Of a stretch of 64,000 nt of DNA, positions 1 to 8,813 are shown piece after piece. Within the stretch, counting starts at the first letter, position 1; each line of letters opens with the position of its first letter. A program made the position numbers and the translations under genes. The stretch is from contig JALVSY010000007.1 in assembly GCA_027036135.1 (NCBI GenBank), positions 644,880 through 708,879 of the forward strand, given 5' to 3'. The notes under the pieces were generated by a model that did not search any database, was not told where the DNA came from, and saw only the letters and a list, made by a program, of their open reading frames with translations. Source of the DNA: Pyrodictiaceae archaeon. Its GTDB lineage: Archaea > Thermoproteota > Thermoprotei_A > Sulfolobales > Pyrodictiaceae.

Positions 1-262
1 CTTCTCCGGTGAACCCTATCGTCTCTGCTCCGAGGCGCTTAGCAGCGGTCTCAAAGCTGAGACGCGTCCTCGTAGAGGGCTCAAAGAAGGCTAGGGCAAT
101 GACCTTGCCGCCTAGGAGCCGTGGCACGCTGCCCTCGCGTAGCCGCCTCTTCATCCATGTAGCTGCATCGAACAAGTACTCTAGCTCGCTCCGAGAGAAA
201 TCAAGGATGCTTACAACGTCTCGGCTAAGCCAAGAGATGGAATCGGGCTTAGTCTCGCTCAA
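1..262 (-). CDS. pyrB: Aspartate carbamoyltransferase catalytic subunit, 5' part (runs off the window)
   Basis: Manual translation from TTG at 262: ...[18 protein letters not shown]...[40 protein letters not shown] is the carbamoyl-phosphate-binding motif. Directly downstream of pyrE. Confidence 0.93.
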   Translation of the reverse strand, partial: MSETKPDSISWLSRDVVSILDFSRSELEYLFDAATWMKRRLREGSVPRLLGGKVIALAFFEPSTRTRLSFETAAKRLGAETIGFTGE

Positions 263-272
263 TAAGCCCTTG

Positions 273-893
273 CTAAGACTTAGCCCCGTACAGCTCGCTT
301 ATAACCCTTAGGGCCTCATCCCTGGAAACTATACCCTCCTCCGCCGCGCCCAGCAATAGCTCCTTCAGAGTAGTTACTCGGAGCAACCTGGCGCCGAGAC
401 CTGCCAGTCTCTCCCCTGCCCCCTGCTCGCGATCAACAACTACTAGCGCATAGCAAGGCCTCGCACCAATCCCTCGGAGAGCCTCCACAGCCCTAGCCAA
501 GCTACCACCAGTAGTAGCGACATCATCCACTACCAGGGTGCAGCCACGTATATCGCCCTCAACTAGGCGCCCAGTACCATGACCCTTTCTCTCCGGCCTA
601 ACATAGCCCAGCGGGAGCCCAAGCAGGTACGCAACACCAGTAGCCCACGGAACACCACCAGTAGCGACACCCACAACCGCCTCGGCATCACCCGCCTCCG
701 TGACAGCGACACTGGCTAGCAGCGACAAGATGGTGCGGAACACCTTTGGGTAACTAGGCACGATGCGTAGATCAACATAGACTGGGCTACGAGCACCACT
801 ACTAAGCACAAACTCCCCGAAGCGAAGAGCACCAATACCCGACAAGAGCCTCGCGAGCAAACGAGCACCGCGCCCAATGCTCTCCCTACTCAT
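273..893 (-). CDS. pyrE: Orotate phosphoribosyltransferase
   Basis: [22 protein letters not shown] flexible loop, PRPP motif [19 protein letters not shown]. Confidence 0.95.
   Translation of the reverse strand: MSRESIGRGARLLARLLSGIGALRFGEFVLSSGARSPVYVDLRIVPSYPKVFRTILSLLASVAVTEAGDAEAVVGVATGGVPWATGVAYLLGLPLGYVRPERKGHGTGRLVEGDIRGCTLVVDDVATTGGSLARAVEALRGIGARPCYALVVVDREQGAGERLAGLGARLLRVTTLKELLLGAAEEGIVSRDEALRVISELYGAKS
717..837. repeat. 121-bp exact direct repeat, copy 1 (inside pyrE)
   Basis: Identical base by base to 2199-2319. Confidence 0.95.
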
Positions 894-996
894 AGCCTTA
901 CGCGCCTCCTAGGACTCCGAGCCAGGAACCCAGCAGCAACACAGCATTATAGACCTATAAACGATAAGAGCACCTGCCAAATCCTGAAGCACACTA

Positions 997-2116
997 CTAG
1001 ATAGGTTGTTGCCCCGGGGACTGGCTCCTGCAAGGCGATATCTCCTTAGCAGCTTCTATAACTGCTTCTATGCCTAGGCCTAAGAGGGACTCTGCGTGTC
1101 TCCTGCTAGCCTCCTCTATTACTGCGCGGTAGAGGGGTAGCTGCGGCCTATACTCTATGCCGTCTCCTCGTAGAACGGGGTATGCTATGTTATGCTCTAC
1201 TAGCTTTTCTCCTAGCTCGGCTAGGATAGGGTCTCTTAGGGGCTGCACGGGCTCGGTTAGGGTTCTCCGGGCCAGCTCTATTACCTCGTTGCGGCCTAGT
1301 CCAAGACTCCTGGCTATTCTAGCTAATGCCTGCTCAAGCTCTGCTACGAGGCCCGCTATGTACCTCTGCTTTAGAGCAGGGTCGCCTAGGTAGCTACAAG
1401 CCTCCGGTACATAGCCGGGAGCAGGTACCAATCACCGCTACTAGCTCCGCCCTATCTAGGTCGCGACAGCCAGGGTTCTTCTCAGCATACTCGTCTAGGA
1501 GAACCATGTAGTGGCTGCAATCGAGTCCCTCGAGGAGCATGTATGCTGCTCCATAGCCACGTAGCCGGCTAATAGCCCTACTCGTGGCAAAGAACCCCTC
1601 ACTAATAGTTAGCACTACGCGTATTCCCCTAATCTCTCCCTTAACCAGCATAGCCGACAAGGACTCTAGGTCTCTCAGGGCCTCAGAGGCCTCTCGGTAA
1701 CCAGGTAACAAGTGGAACTCGTCAAGCACGAGATAGAGTACGCCTCCGCTGAGAGACCTAGCAACCGAGGCAACAGCCTCTCGCAATGCCTCAACTAGTC
1801 TAAGCAGGGCCCCGAGACCAGGCTCGGTCTCCATAAAAATGCTTGCAAGTCTCGCATCAATGCCCCGGCCCAGAGCTCTCTCAGCAACACTGCTAACAAG
1901 TACGTGCTGCTCCCTAGCATAGATATAAAGGCTCGATACCCCCTTCTTGCTGATCCAGTACCGGGTGAGCTCGCTCTTACCGACACCCCGGGCCCCATAG
2001 ACTATGACTGTGCTGAAGCGCGAAGCAAGCTTATCCAGTTCACCAAGCTCTCTTACCCGGTCATAGAACGCTACTCCCAGGCTGGTACGGTACTCGCGGT
2101 CAACATAGAGGCTCAG
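997..2116 (-). pseudogene. Archaeal ATPase (ATPase_2 family), frameshifted
   Basis: The 1394..1834 frame extends upstream through FYDRVRELGEL and Walker A YGARGVGKS; Walker B is LVLDEFH. A 1-nt frameshift near 1423 (IGT/APGY) continues into ORF 997..1431. Confidence 0.8.
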
Positions 2117-2198
2117 ACGTCATCCCTCCCTCTCTGTAAGGGTAAGGAAGTCGATAATAAAGTAACATAGCTAAGAGAATAGCGGAATAGGCTCCTCT

Positions 2199-2319
2199 TA
2201 GCAGCGACAAGATGGTGCGGAACACCTTTGGGTAACTAGGCACGATGCGTAGATCAACATAGACTGGGCTACGAGCACCACTACTAAGCACAAACTCCCC
2301 GAAGCGAAGAGCACCAATA
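2199..2319. repeat. 121-bp exact direct repeat, copy 2 (orphan pyrE fragment)
   Basis: Encodes the same [14 protein letters not shown]...TILSLL segment as pyrE. Lies at the edge of the AT-rich segment. Confidence 0.95.
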
Positions 2320-2520
2320 TTGATAGAAGCTTGCAGGTATACGTGAAGCGGGCCCTGGATTCTCTGAATCAACAACCTATTATATTAAGGACGAGTTAGA
2401 CTTATGAGAGGGCATCTATATGTTTATGTGGTATCTATAGTGTTCCTTAGCAATATTATCTTGATATTATTTACTGGTAAATTAATGATAGAACTTAATT
2501 ATTCAATTAATAAAAAATAT

Positions 2521-2754
2521 TTATTTTTTAATTATTAATATTACTTTCCCATTTTCCTCTCTTATTGCTATCTCTCCTACATTCAGCGTCTTTAACTCGT
2601 TTGCAGCCTCTTCTAACTCCTTCTTATCGTTATGTATTACCATCAGCTCCTTAAGATCTGGGTTGCTCTCTATCTCGTCTAGAATATAGACAAGGATATC
2701 CCCACATAATCCGCTCGTTTTTGTGAAATCAAGTACTTTTTTCTCGTTCATCAC
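2521..2754 (-). CDS. TusA/SirA-like sulfur carrier (divergent)
   Basis: 77 aa; N-terminal VLDF...GLCG and C-terminal EENGKVILIIKK resemble TusA; canonical CPxP is not conserved. Confidence 0.55.
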   Translation of the reverse strand: MMNEKKVLDFTKTSGLCGDILVYILDEIESNPDLKELMVIHNDKKELEEAANELKTLNVGEIAIREENGKVILIIKK

Positions 2755-2901
2755 GTTTTCGCCTAGTATTTTAAATTTTTCACGAAGAGGTAGATAATTC
2801 TTCTTTCATTTAATATCGTTACTATTTTGTATGTTTAATTTAAGGTTAAATAATATATTAAGGTTTTTCTGCCAGGTCTGGTTTCAATCCATAAACTGGG
2901 C

Positions 2902-4122
2902 TTGATAAGTACTATGATTACGCGCATCGAAATACAGCGTGAAAAACTAAGAAACACTATAGACATTATGCTAAGGAATGCATTAAGAGCCTTTTTTAGT
3001 GTCTGTATGAATTGTGGTTTTTGCAACAATGTGTGCCCAGTATATAGAGCCACTAAAAACCCTAAGTATACGCCGCTTAGGAGAGTAATAACAGCTAAGA
3101 AGCTTCTCGAGGGGCAGATAGATAAGGAGGCTGCCTCCGATGTCTTATTCTCCTGTCTTCTATGTGGGGCTTGTAGCTCTGCATGTCCTTTCGGCCTCGA
3201 TATTTATAGAATCATATATTTGGCGCGATGTAAACTCGCTCTCGAGGGTTATGGTCCTAGTAATTTTGCCAAGATGGCCGAGGGAGCCGCTAAGACATTG
3301 CATAGTTTCGGTGTACCAGTTGAACAAGCTCTCCGGGAAATAAGGAGCGACGAGCTAGAGGGGTTTATTGATAGAAAGGACTGCGATGTACTATACGTAC
3401 CGAGTCCCGTTGAGACCGCTTTTATGCCGCGTCATGTATATGAGACGGCTAGTATATTGAAGCTGCTTGGAATAAATTGGACCATATCACGGAGAGTAAT
3501 TGATTGTGGGGGAAACATCGGTGTTGATGCATCGAGACCAGATGTTGGGCTCAAGATACTGCTTAACCTTTTGAATGTAGCTGAGGAGCTAGGCGTTGAT
3601 AAAGTTGCCCTAGGTGCTTGTGGCGCAGATTATAAGTGGATTTCACTGTCCCGTGAGATTATAGATGAGCTTGGTATAGATACTCCTCGCATAACCTTTA
3701 CGAGCATTTATGAACTGATAGCTAAGCGATTAAAAACTAATAAATTACTGAAGAAGAAAGATGAAGTCGTTCTTCATGATCCTTGCAGCATGACGCGGTA
3801 CATCAGAGTCGATAGAAGCTATAAATCAATAATACCCTATGCTAAGAAGCCGAGGTTCTCGGGAGCTTGTACTCTTTGTTGCGGTGGTGGAGGAGGGTTA
3901 TCGCTTCGTAAGGACTCATTCGCTCGTAATCTGCTTCTAAGCATCGCATCTAAGAGGGTTGAGCAACTAGGATCAGTGAGCAGTAACATAGTTACTCCTT
4001 GTATAAAATGTTATATTTCTTTCAGAACCGCTGTGCTTCGTAAAAGGCTTGTTTCAAAGATTAGAATAGAAGGTCTCTCAAGCTATATTGTTAAGAAACT
4101 AAAGGAGGAGGATACTTATTGA
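2902..4122 (+). CDS. Fe-S oxidoreductase, HdrD/DsrK/GlpC (CCG) family
   Basis: Two CxxCxxCxxxCP motifs followed by CCG domains (HDPC...CCGGGG...TPCIKC). Confidence 0.85.
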   Translation: MISTMITRIEIQREKLRNTIDIMLRNALRAFFSVCMNCGFCNNVCPVYRATKNPKYTPLRRVITAKKLLEGQIDKEAASDVLFSCLLCGACSSACPFGLDIYRIIYLARCKLALEGYGPSNFAKMAEGAAKTLHSFGVPVEQALREIRSDELEGFIDRKDCDVLYVPSPVETAFMPRHVYETASILKLLGINWTISRRVIDCGGNIGVDASRPDVGLKILLNLLNVAEELGVDKVALGACGADYKWISLSREIIDELGIDTPRITFTSIYELIAKRLKTNKLLKKKDEVVLHDPCSMTRYIRVDRSYKSIIPYAKKPRFSGACTLCCGGGGGLSLRKDSFARNLLLSIASKRVEQLGSVSSNIVTPCIKCYISFRTAVLRKRLVSKIRIEGLSSYIVKKLKEEDTY

Positions 4123-4637
4123 AGCAGGAGGAAGAGAAAGAAATAAAGGAACTCATTGAGAAAATCTATAAAAAGATGCTAAAAGAGGGCATAGACGCCC
4201 GAGACAAAAAGAGGTTCAAGAAACGCATCGGGACAACCGATGAGCACGGCATATACGTGTATAGACCCGAGAAGGGCTGGCAGCTTCTCCGCATAGAAGG
4301 CGAAGCCTTTAGGCTAGGCGAACTAGGCAACGGCGTCTACGTATTGTATTTCGACAACACTAAGTGCCCTGCTTGCAGGATACATGATATAGCATGGTAC
4401 CCGTTTGTAGAGAAACACGAAAGAGAAGCCCACTTTGTAGTAATCCTCTGTGAGTGGTTTTCACGACATTGCCGCTCCAGCGCAGCAGCAAAGTCATTTA
4501 TAAGCTATCGTATCAGAGCATCACCTACAACAATATTCGCCTACGTAGAGGAGAACATCATTGTCAAGCAAGTGAAGAGGGAAGGAGCACTTACTGTATC
4601 TGAGCTTGAAGCTCTACTTGAATCCATGAAGAAGTAA
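4119..4637 (+). CDS. Thioredoxin-fold protein
   Basis: VLYFDNTKCPAC CxxC motif and cis-Pro-like ASPT. Overlaps the upstream stop by 4 bp. Confidence 0.75.
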   Translation: MKQEEEKEIKELIEKIYKKMLKEGIDARDKKRFKKRIGTTDEHGIYVYRPEKGWQLLRIEGEAFRLGELGNGVYVLYFDNTKCPACRIHDIAWYPFVEKHEREAHFVVILCEWFSRHCRSSAAAKSFISYRIRASPTTIFAYVEENIIVKQVKREGALTVSELEALLESMKK

Positions 4638-4651
4638 TCCTGGGTGAGCCT

Positions 4652-5305
4652 ATGTACGTATCTCTTAGCTTTGTGCGACTAATAATGTTTATTTTGGGAA
4701 CCATTGCCGTCATAGTCAATACAATACGTTACATATATAGATACAAAGCATGCGGAATCAAAGGAAAAGCTCAATTGTCATATACATTTAGACGCGTAAT
4801 TGAATCTATTATTCACAATTCCTTATATGAGGAAAACAAGCTGTATCTCTATATATTGATAGCGTTCCACGTAGCAGTAATTAGTCTTGCTTTATCGCAT
4901 ATAGGTCTCTATATAAGGTCTCTACACGAGACAGCTATACAATCAGTAACGTCATCTGCTCCTGAAAAATACGTCGAGCTTAGCTTATCAATAGCTATGG
5001 GTGGCTTAGGGCTCCTACTCCTTGCATTAAGACTAAGGAGGATACAAAAAGGAATAGCGTTAAACAACATACAGGTCATTGTATTGCATCTAATTGTGCA
5101 GGCTATAGCGTGGACATGGGCTGCCTATTATATGACATACAACTCTATAGCTCTATGGATGGCTATTCTAGCTATAGAGGTGTTTCACGTGTATATGTTC
5201 ACGTGGGCAGGGTTCCATGGAGTAATGTACATCTTGAGACTCTACTATTCTGCTAAGACATTACGGCAGCCACAAGTAATAGAGCTCGGCAACGAGATAA
5301 GGTAG
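4652..5305 (+). CDS. Membrane protein, NarI/DsrM/HdrE-like b-cytochrome candidate
   Basis: About 5 TM helices with His pairs in helices (FHVAVISLALSH; FHVYMFTWAGFH). Confidence 0.55.
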   Translation: MYVSLSFVRLIMFILGTIAVIVNTIRYIYRYKACGIKGKAQLSYTFRRVIESIIHNSLYEENKLYLYILIAFHVAVISLALSHIGLYIRSLHETAIQSVTSSAPEKYVELSLSIAMGGLGLLLLALRLRRIQKGIALNNIQVIVLHLIVQAIAWTWAAYYMTYNSIALWMAILAIEVFHVYMFTWAGFHGVMYILRLYYSAKTLRQPQVIELGNEIR

Positions 5306-5350
5306 TTTAACATTTATTGCAGATATCTTTTACCCTCTTACCTTATTCAT

Positions 5351-6094
5351 TTAGATTGCACAGAAAAGCCCTATCAACGCTATTGAGGCCTCTACTAGCA
5401 GGGTGCCTAGTCCCGAGAACGGTATCATCAAGGGAACTAGGGGGTTGTCTGAGCCAAGCCCGTAGAGGAGCACCGGGTCTATCATCCCTATGAGGCCTAT
5501 TACCAGGCCCATTACTAGCAGGTCCGCCTTATCCGCCCTAGAGCCCAGGAGGACGCTATAGGTAGCCATGTATGGATATGCTAGCAGGAGCACTACTAAG
5601 CCGAGGATCGTTAGCAGTATCCCGGCTAGGGCCATTTGGCCTCCCCGTGTCCTTATCTCCACGCTGCCCCGTGGCCCACTACCAGCCAGTTCCTCGAGCC
5701 CGTCGAGAAGCTTTGCGGTGCCGAAGCCGAGCAAGAATTTGTCCCCATTAATAGTCTCTACAAGTAGGAGATCCCGGAGCTTATCCGCGTAGACCCTTAC
5801 CGAGCCAATCTCCCTAAACCTGTAGTCGCCGGTTCGTAGCCCGGGCAATGTTATGCCGACGAGCCTGAAGCCTTTGCCAGGATCCTCTATCCTCTTCACG
5901 GACTTTATGGAGCCAATGGGTATTCTTAGCTCGCCACACCACCCAAACGATACAACTAGGTAGCCATCGGGGCTCAACGAGACCCCTGGCCTGCATGGGC
6001 CGCGAACAGCATAGAATACGGCAAAGAGGCCGATAGCTAGGCTAAGCAGCCCCGCTACGAAGAGCCCGGAGAAGAGCCAGCAAAGCAGCGGCAT
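5351..6094 (-). CDS. Membrane protein with bacterial PH-like domain
   Basis: N-terminal TM, IPIGSIKSV..RLVGITLPGLRTGDY signature, three C-terminal TMs. Confidence 0.65.
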   Translation of the reverse strand: MPLLCWLFSGLFVAGLLSLAIGLFAVFYAVRGPCRPGVSLSPDGYLVVSFGWCGELRIPIGSIKSVKRIEDPGKGFRLVGITLPGLRTGDYRFREIGSVRVYADKLRDLLLVETINGDKFLLGFGTAKLLDGLEELAGSGPRGSVEIRTRGGQMALAGILLTILGLVVLLLAYPYMATYSVLLGSRADKADLLVMGLVIGLIGMIDPVLLYGLGSDNPLVPLMIPFSGLGTLLVEASIALIGLFCAI

Positions 6095-6251
6095 GGCTGC
6101 ATATTTCCTCGCAGAGTGTTACAGAGCCCTCTATACAGGTGGGCCGCTGTCCACGGGTAGCTGTTTGCACGCTTTTTATGTTCTTGGCTGCTCTGTTCCC
6201 GGTACAAGGTTATTGCTGCTCCGTACCCATCTATTAACCGGTTGGTCAGCC

Positions 6252-6701
6252 ATGGCCTCGGGGAAGAAGTACACACTCCTCCCAAGCTGCAGCAAGTACG
6301 CACCCAACCTCATAATAGTAGCAGCATGCGACGGCGCATCAAGCACCGGCCAAATAGGCAACGAGGTAGCAAGAATACTGACAAAGCGCTACCCCCGCCT
6401 CGTACGAATGTGCTGCCTAGCAGCAGTAGCAGCAGGGTCACAACTACACATCAAGATATTCAGGGACGCCCGTGCAGTCATAGCGATAAACGGCTGCCCA
6501 CTCCAATGCGCCTCAAAAGTACTAAGAAGCAGGGGAATAGAGCCTACATACGAGGTAACCATAACCGAGCTAGGTGTGCCAAAAGCCTCTACACTAGACT
6601 TCGACGAGGAAACAGCCCACGCTATAGCGGAGCGAATAGCAGAAGAATTCATAGAGAAGTTTAACGAGAACAACCAAGAGCCTCAGAGCGGTAACCAATA
6701 A
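6252..6701 (+). CDS. DGC-domain putative zinc-binding protein
   Basis: ACDGASSTGQ, MCCLAAV, INGCPLQCA. Start moved to ATG 6252. Confidence 0.8.
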   Translation: MASGKKYTLLPSCSKYAPNLIIVAACDGASSTGQIGNEVARILTKRYPRLVRMCCLAAVAAGSQLHIKIFRDARAVIAINGCPLQCASKVLRSRGIEPTYEVTITELGVPKASTLDFDEETAHAIAERIAEEFIEKFNENNQEPQSGNQ

Positions 6702-6738
6702 TTAAAATAAGATGAGAAGCAGTGAACAAGAAGGTACT

Positions 6739-6823
6739 GGGTGGATGAGGTAGTAGGGACGTGCCGATAAGCGCCCTCTTCTCCCCAGGGCCGTGAGGAC
6801 AGGTGGAGCGACCCTGACACCCC
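6739..6823 (+). ncRNA. Candidate C/D box sRNA
   Basis: C-like GGATGA, D' CCGA, internal hairpin GCCCT/AGGGC, C' GTGAGGA, D CTGA, terminal GGGTG/CACCC, then a T-tract. Confidence 0.5.
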
Positions 6824-6868
6824 TCCTTTTCTTATGCCTCGTTTAAGAGCCATAGCCAGGGCCTAACC

Positions 6869-7507
6869 TCATAGTATTCCTTTCCGCCTTAATAGCTCTA
6901 GGGCCTCGCGTAGCCTCTTCTCCAGCGCTTCGTTCTCCCGCCTAGCAGCTTCAAGGACCTTGTCAAGGTTCATCTTGTCCCCGAGGGCTCCTAGGACTAG
7001 GAGTACTCTTGCACGCGCCTCTGCTGTGCCCCAGTATACCCATTCGCGTAGGTAGCGGAGCAGTAGCTCCTCGGGAGCCTCCACGTAGAACCAGCCAAAC
7101 CCGGGCACAACAACCCTTATCGGGGGGAATCGTGGCTTATACGAGGAAGCCACGAGATCTAAGGACTTCTCGGCACCGCCCAAGCTCAGCACAAGTCTCC
7201 GGGCACTCGTTGCACTCGCTTCCTCGCCTAGTAGCCTAAGGGCTTCCTCAAGGGCCTTAAACGCCTCGTAGCCCTGCACAACAAGGTCGACGTCGAGAGT
7301 CCTAATAGCGCCTCCAACGAGAAGCTCTAGCGCGAAACCACCGACAACTATGACGCGGCCAGCACCTTCCTCCTCGAGGACACGGTTGATAGCCGCTACT
7401 AGGGCAGCGAACCTATCCTCGGGCCTCGGCAGCCTACGAGCCCGTGCCGAGGCCTCCTTTATCGCGCCTAGTATGCGGCTAACAAGCCTCCTCCGTGCAG
7501 AGGACAA
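6869..7507 (-). CDS. Nucleotidyltransferase (DUF6036/AbiEii-like)
   Basis: VVGGFALE...RTLDVDLVV, the GG...DxD motif of the Pol-beta superfamily. Confidence 0.7.
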   Translation of the reverse strand: MSSARRRLVSRILGAIKEASARARRLPRPEDRFAALVAAINRVLEEEGAGRVIVVGGFALELLVGGAIRTLDVDLVVQGYEAFKALEEALRLLGEEASATSARRLVLSLGGAEKSLDLVASSYKPRFPPIRVVVPGFGWFYVEAPEELLLRYLREWVYWGTAEARARVLLVLGALGDKMNLDKVLEAARRENEALEKRLREALELLRRKGIL

Positions 7508-7712
7508 TCTCGTCCCTTCTCCTCCACCTATACTTCCTCCTAGCCTCTTCTCGGGCGAGTAGTGCTAGTCTGAGGAGCTCCTCTAGGGGTTTACGGGCCA
7601 GCGTGTCCCTTTCCCCTAGCTCGTCGAGTATAATGGCCACTATCCTTGCACGCCTCCTAGCTAGCCGGGCTCCTTGCTCGCGTAGCTCCTGGAGCGAGAC
7701 TTCGCCAGCCAT
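7479..7712 (-). CDS. Small hypothetical protein, possible partner of the NTase
   Basis: 77 aa helical protein overlapping the NTase start. Confidence 0.5.
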   Translation of the reverse strand: MAGEVSLQELREQGARLARRRARIVAIILDELGERDTLARKPLEELLRLALLAREEARRKYRWRRRDEIVLCTEEAC

Positions 7713-7807
7713 TGCCGGCCACCGCTATTTACCTATTTCTTGCCGCGTCTATCCCAGCTATAGGGTGTAGACTCGTTGCTTGAATAAAATCTTGCTACTC
7801 CTCTGTA

Positions 7808-8650
7808 TCACGGTAGCTCGTCTAGGGCTACTCTTCTCAGCCCCTCCAGTTTCTCGAAGCTAAGACCCGGTATACCGTCTCTTGCTAGGTCACGTATCGT
7901 TGAGGAGACATAGGCTACTAGGCCCTTGCTCGTAGCGAGTACTGGCTCGTAGTAGGCCTGCCTAGCCTGGTCGCCGCTTATCCTCTCCGAGAGGTACCCG
8001 TTGAGGTAGAGCACGGGGTCCTTGCCGGGCTCGATGAGCGCTACCCCTAGGTCTAGTGCGCTCTTCACATAGGGCTTCGCCTTCTCCACAGCATCCCCGA
8101 CGCCTAGCCCCATGGCTAGGTAGCGGGAGAGTAGAATTGTGAATACGTGCGTATCCGTGTAGTGCTCATGGGAGACACCGACCTCCTCGACAAGCCTCTC
8201 CTTGTCGATACCACCGTTATGCGCAACGTAGACCTCGAGGCGCCTCCTAGGCAGCTCCACTACCTCGTGGAACGGGTGAGCATTCATACTGCCCCGTGGC
8301 TCCCTCCTCCCAGCCCGCCTTGCATGGAATAATACAAGCGCGGCCTCAGAGCCCTCAACCTCCCGGGCAAGCCTCTCAGCCACCGCCTCGAGGGCCCCTA
8401 GGTTAGCCCTACATGCCTCCTCCTCGCTGAGCCCGGCATCAGCTGCATCAAACCTCTCATAGCCAAGAACCCAGGCACCCTTACGCCGGAGAGCAGCGAA
8501 GAACCCGTAGCCGTGGCAATGCCTAGCCTCGCCACCAGTAATAGCTGCCAAGTACGGGTCACTACTCGCAGCCTTGGGCAAGAGCCGGATAAGACTAGCC
8601 AGCTTACCCAAGCCCTCTCCAGCCGCTAAGCCAGCAATCATCCTACACAT
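7808..8650 (-). CDS. Stand-alone class II glutamine amidotransferase
   Basis: N-terminal MCR (ATG 8650), HARRA, NAHPF, AHNG, TDT. Confidence 0.85.
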   Translation of the reverse strand: MCRMIAGLAAGEGLGKLASLIRLLPKAASSDPYLAAITGGEARHCHGYGFFAALRRKGAWVLGYERFDAADAGLSEEEACRANLGALEAVAERLAREVEGSEAALVLFHARRAGRREPRGSMNAHPFHEVVELPRRRLEVYVAHNGGIDKERLVEEVGVSHEHYTDTHVFTILLSRYLAMGLGVGDAVEKAKPYVKSALDLGVALIEPGKDPVLYLNGYLSERISGDQARQAYYEPVLATSKGLVAYVSSTIRDLARDGIPGLSFEKLEGLRRVALDELP

Positions 8651-8813
8651 AGGGCGCACCCGCGATACTACCGCGGAGAACAAGGACGGCACGGTATGGG
8701 AATATAATTCCTTGGCCGCTAACCCAGGGCGCTAATCCTCCTTGCCACAATATAGCGATAAACATATAGAGCACGGATATATGATATAGCGTAAGAGGGG
8801 TCTTATACCTTCC

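Noticed and set aside
2100-2375. 91-aa ORF containing pyrE sequence
   Set aside because: A chimera produced by the 121-bp duplication; it lacks the PRPP motif and an RBS.
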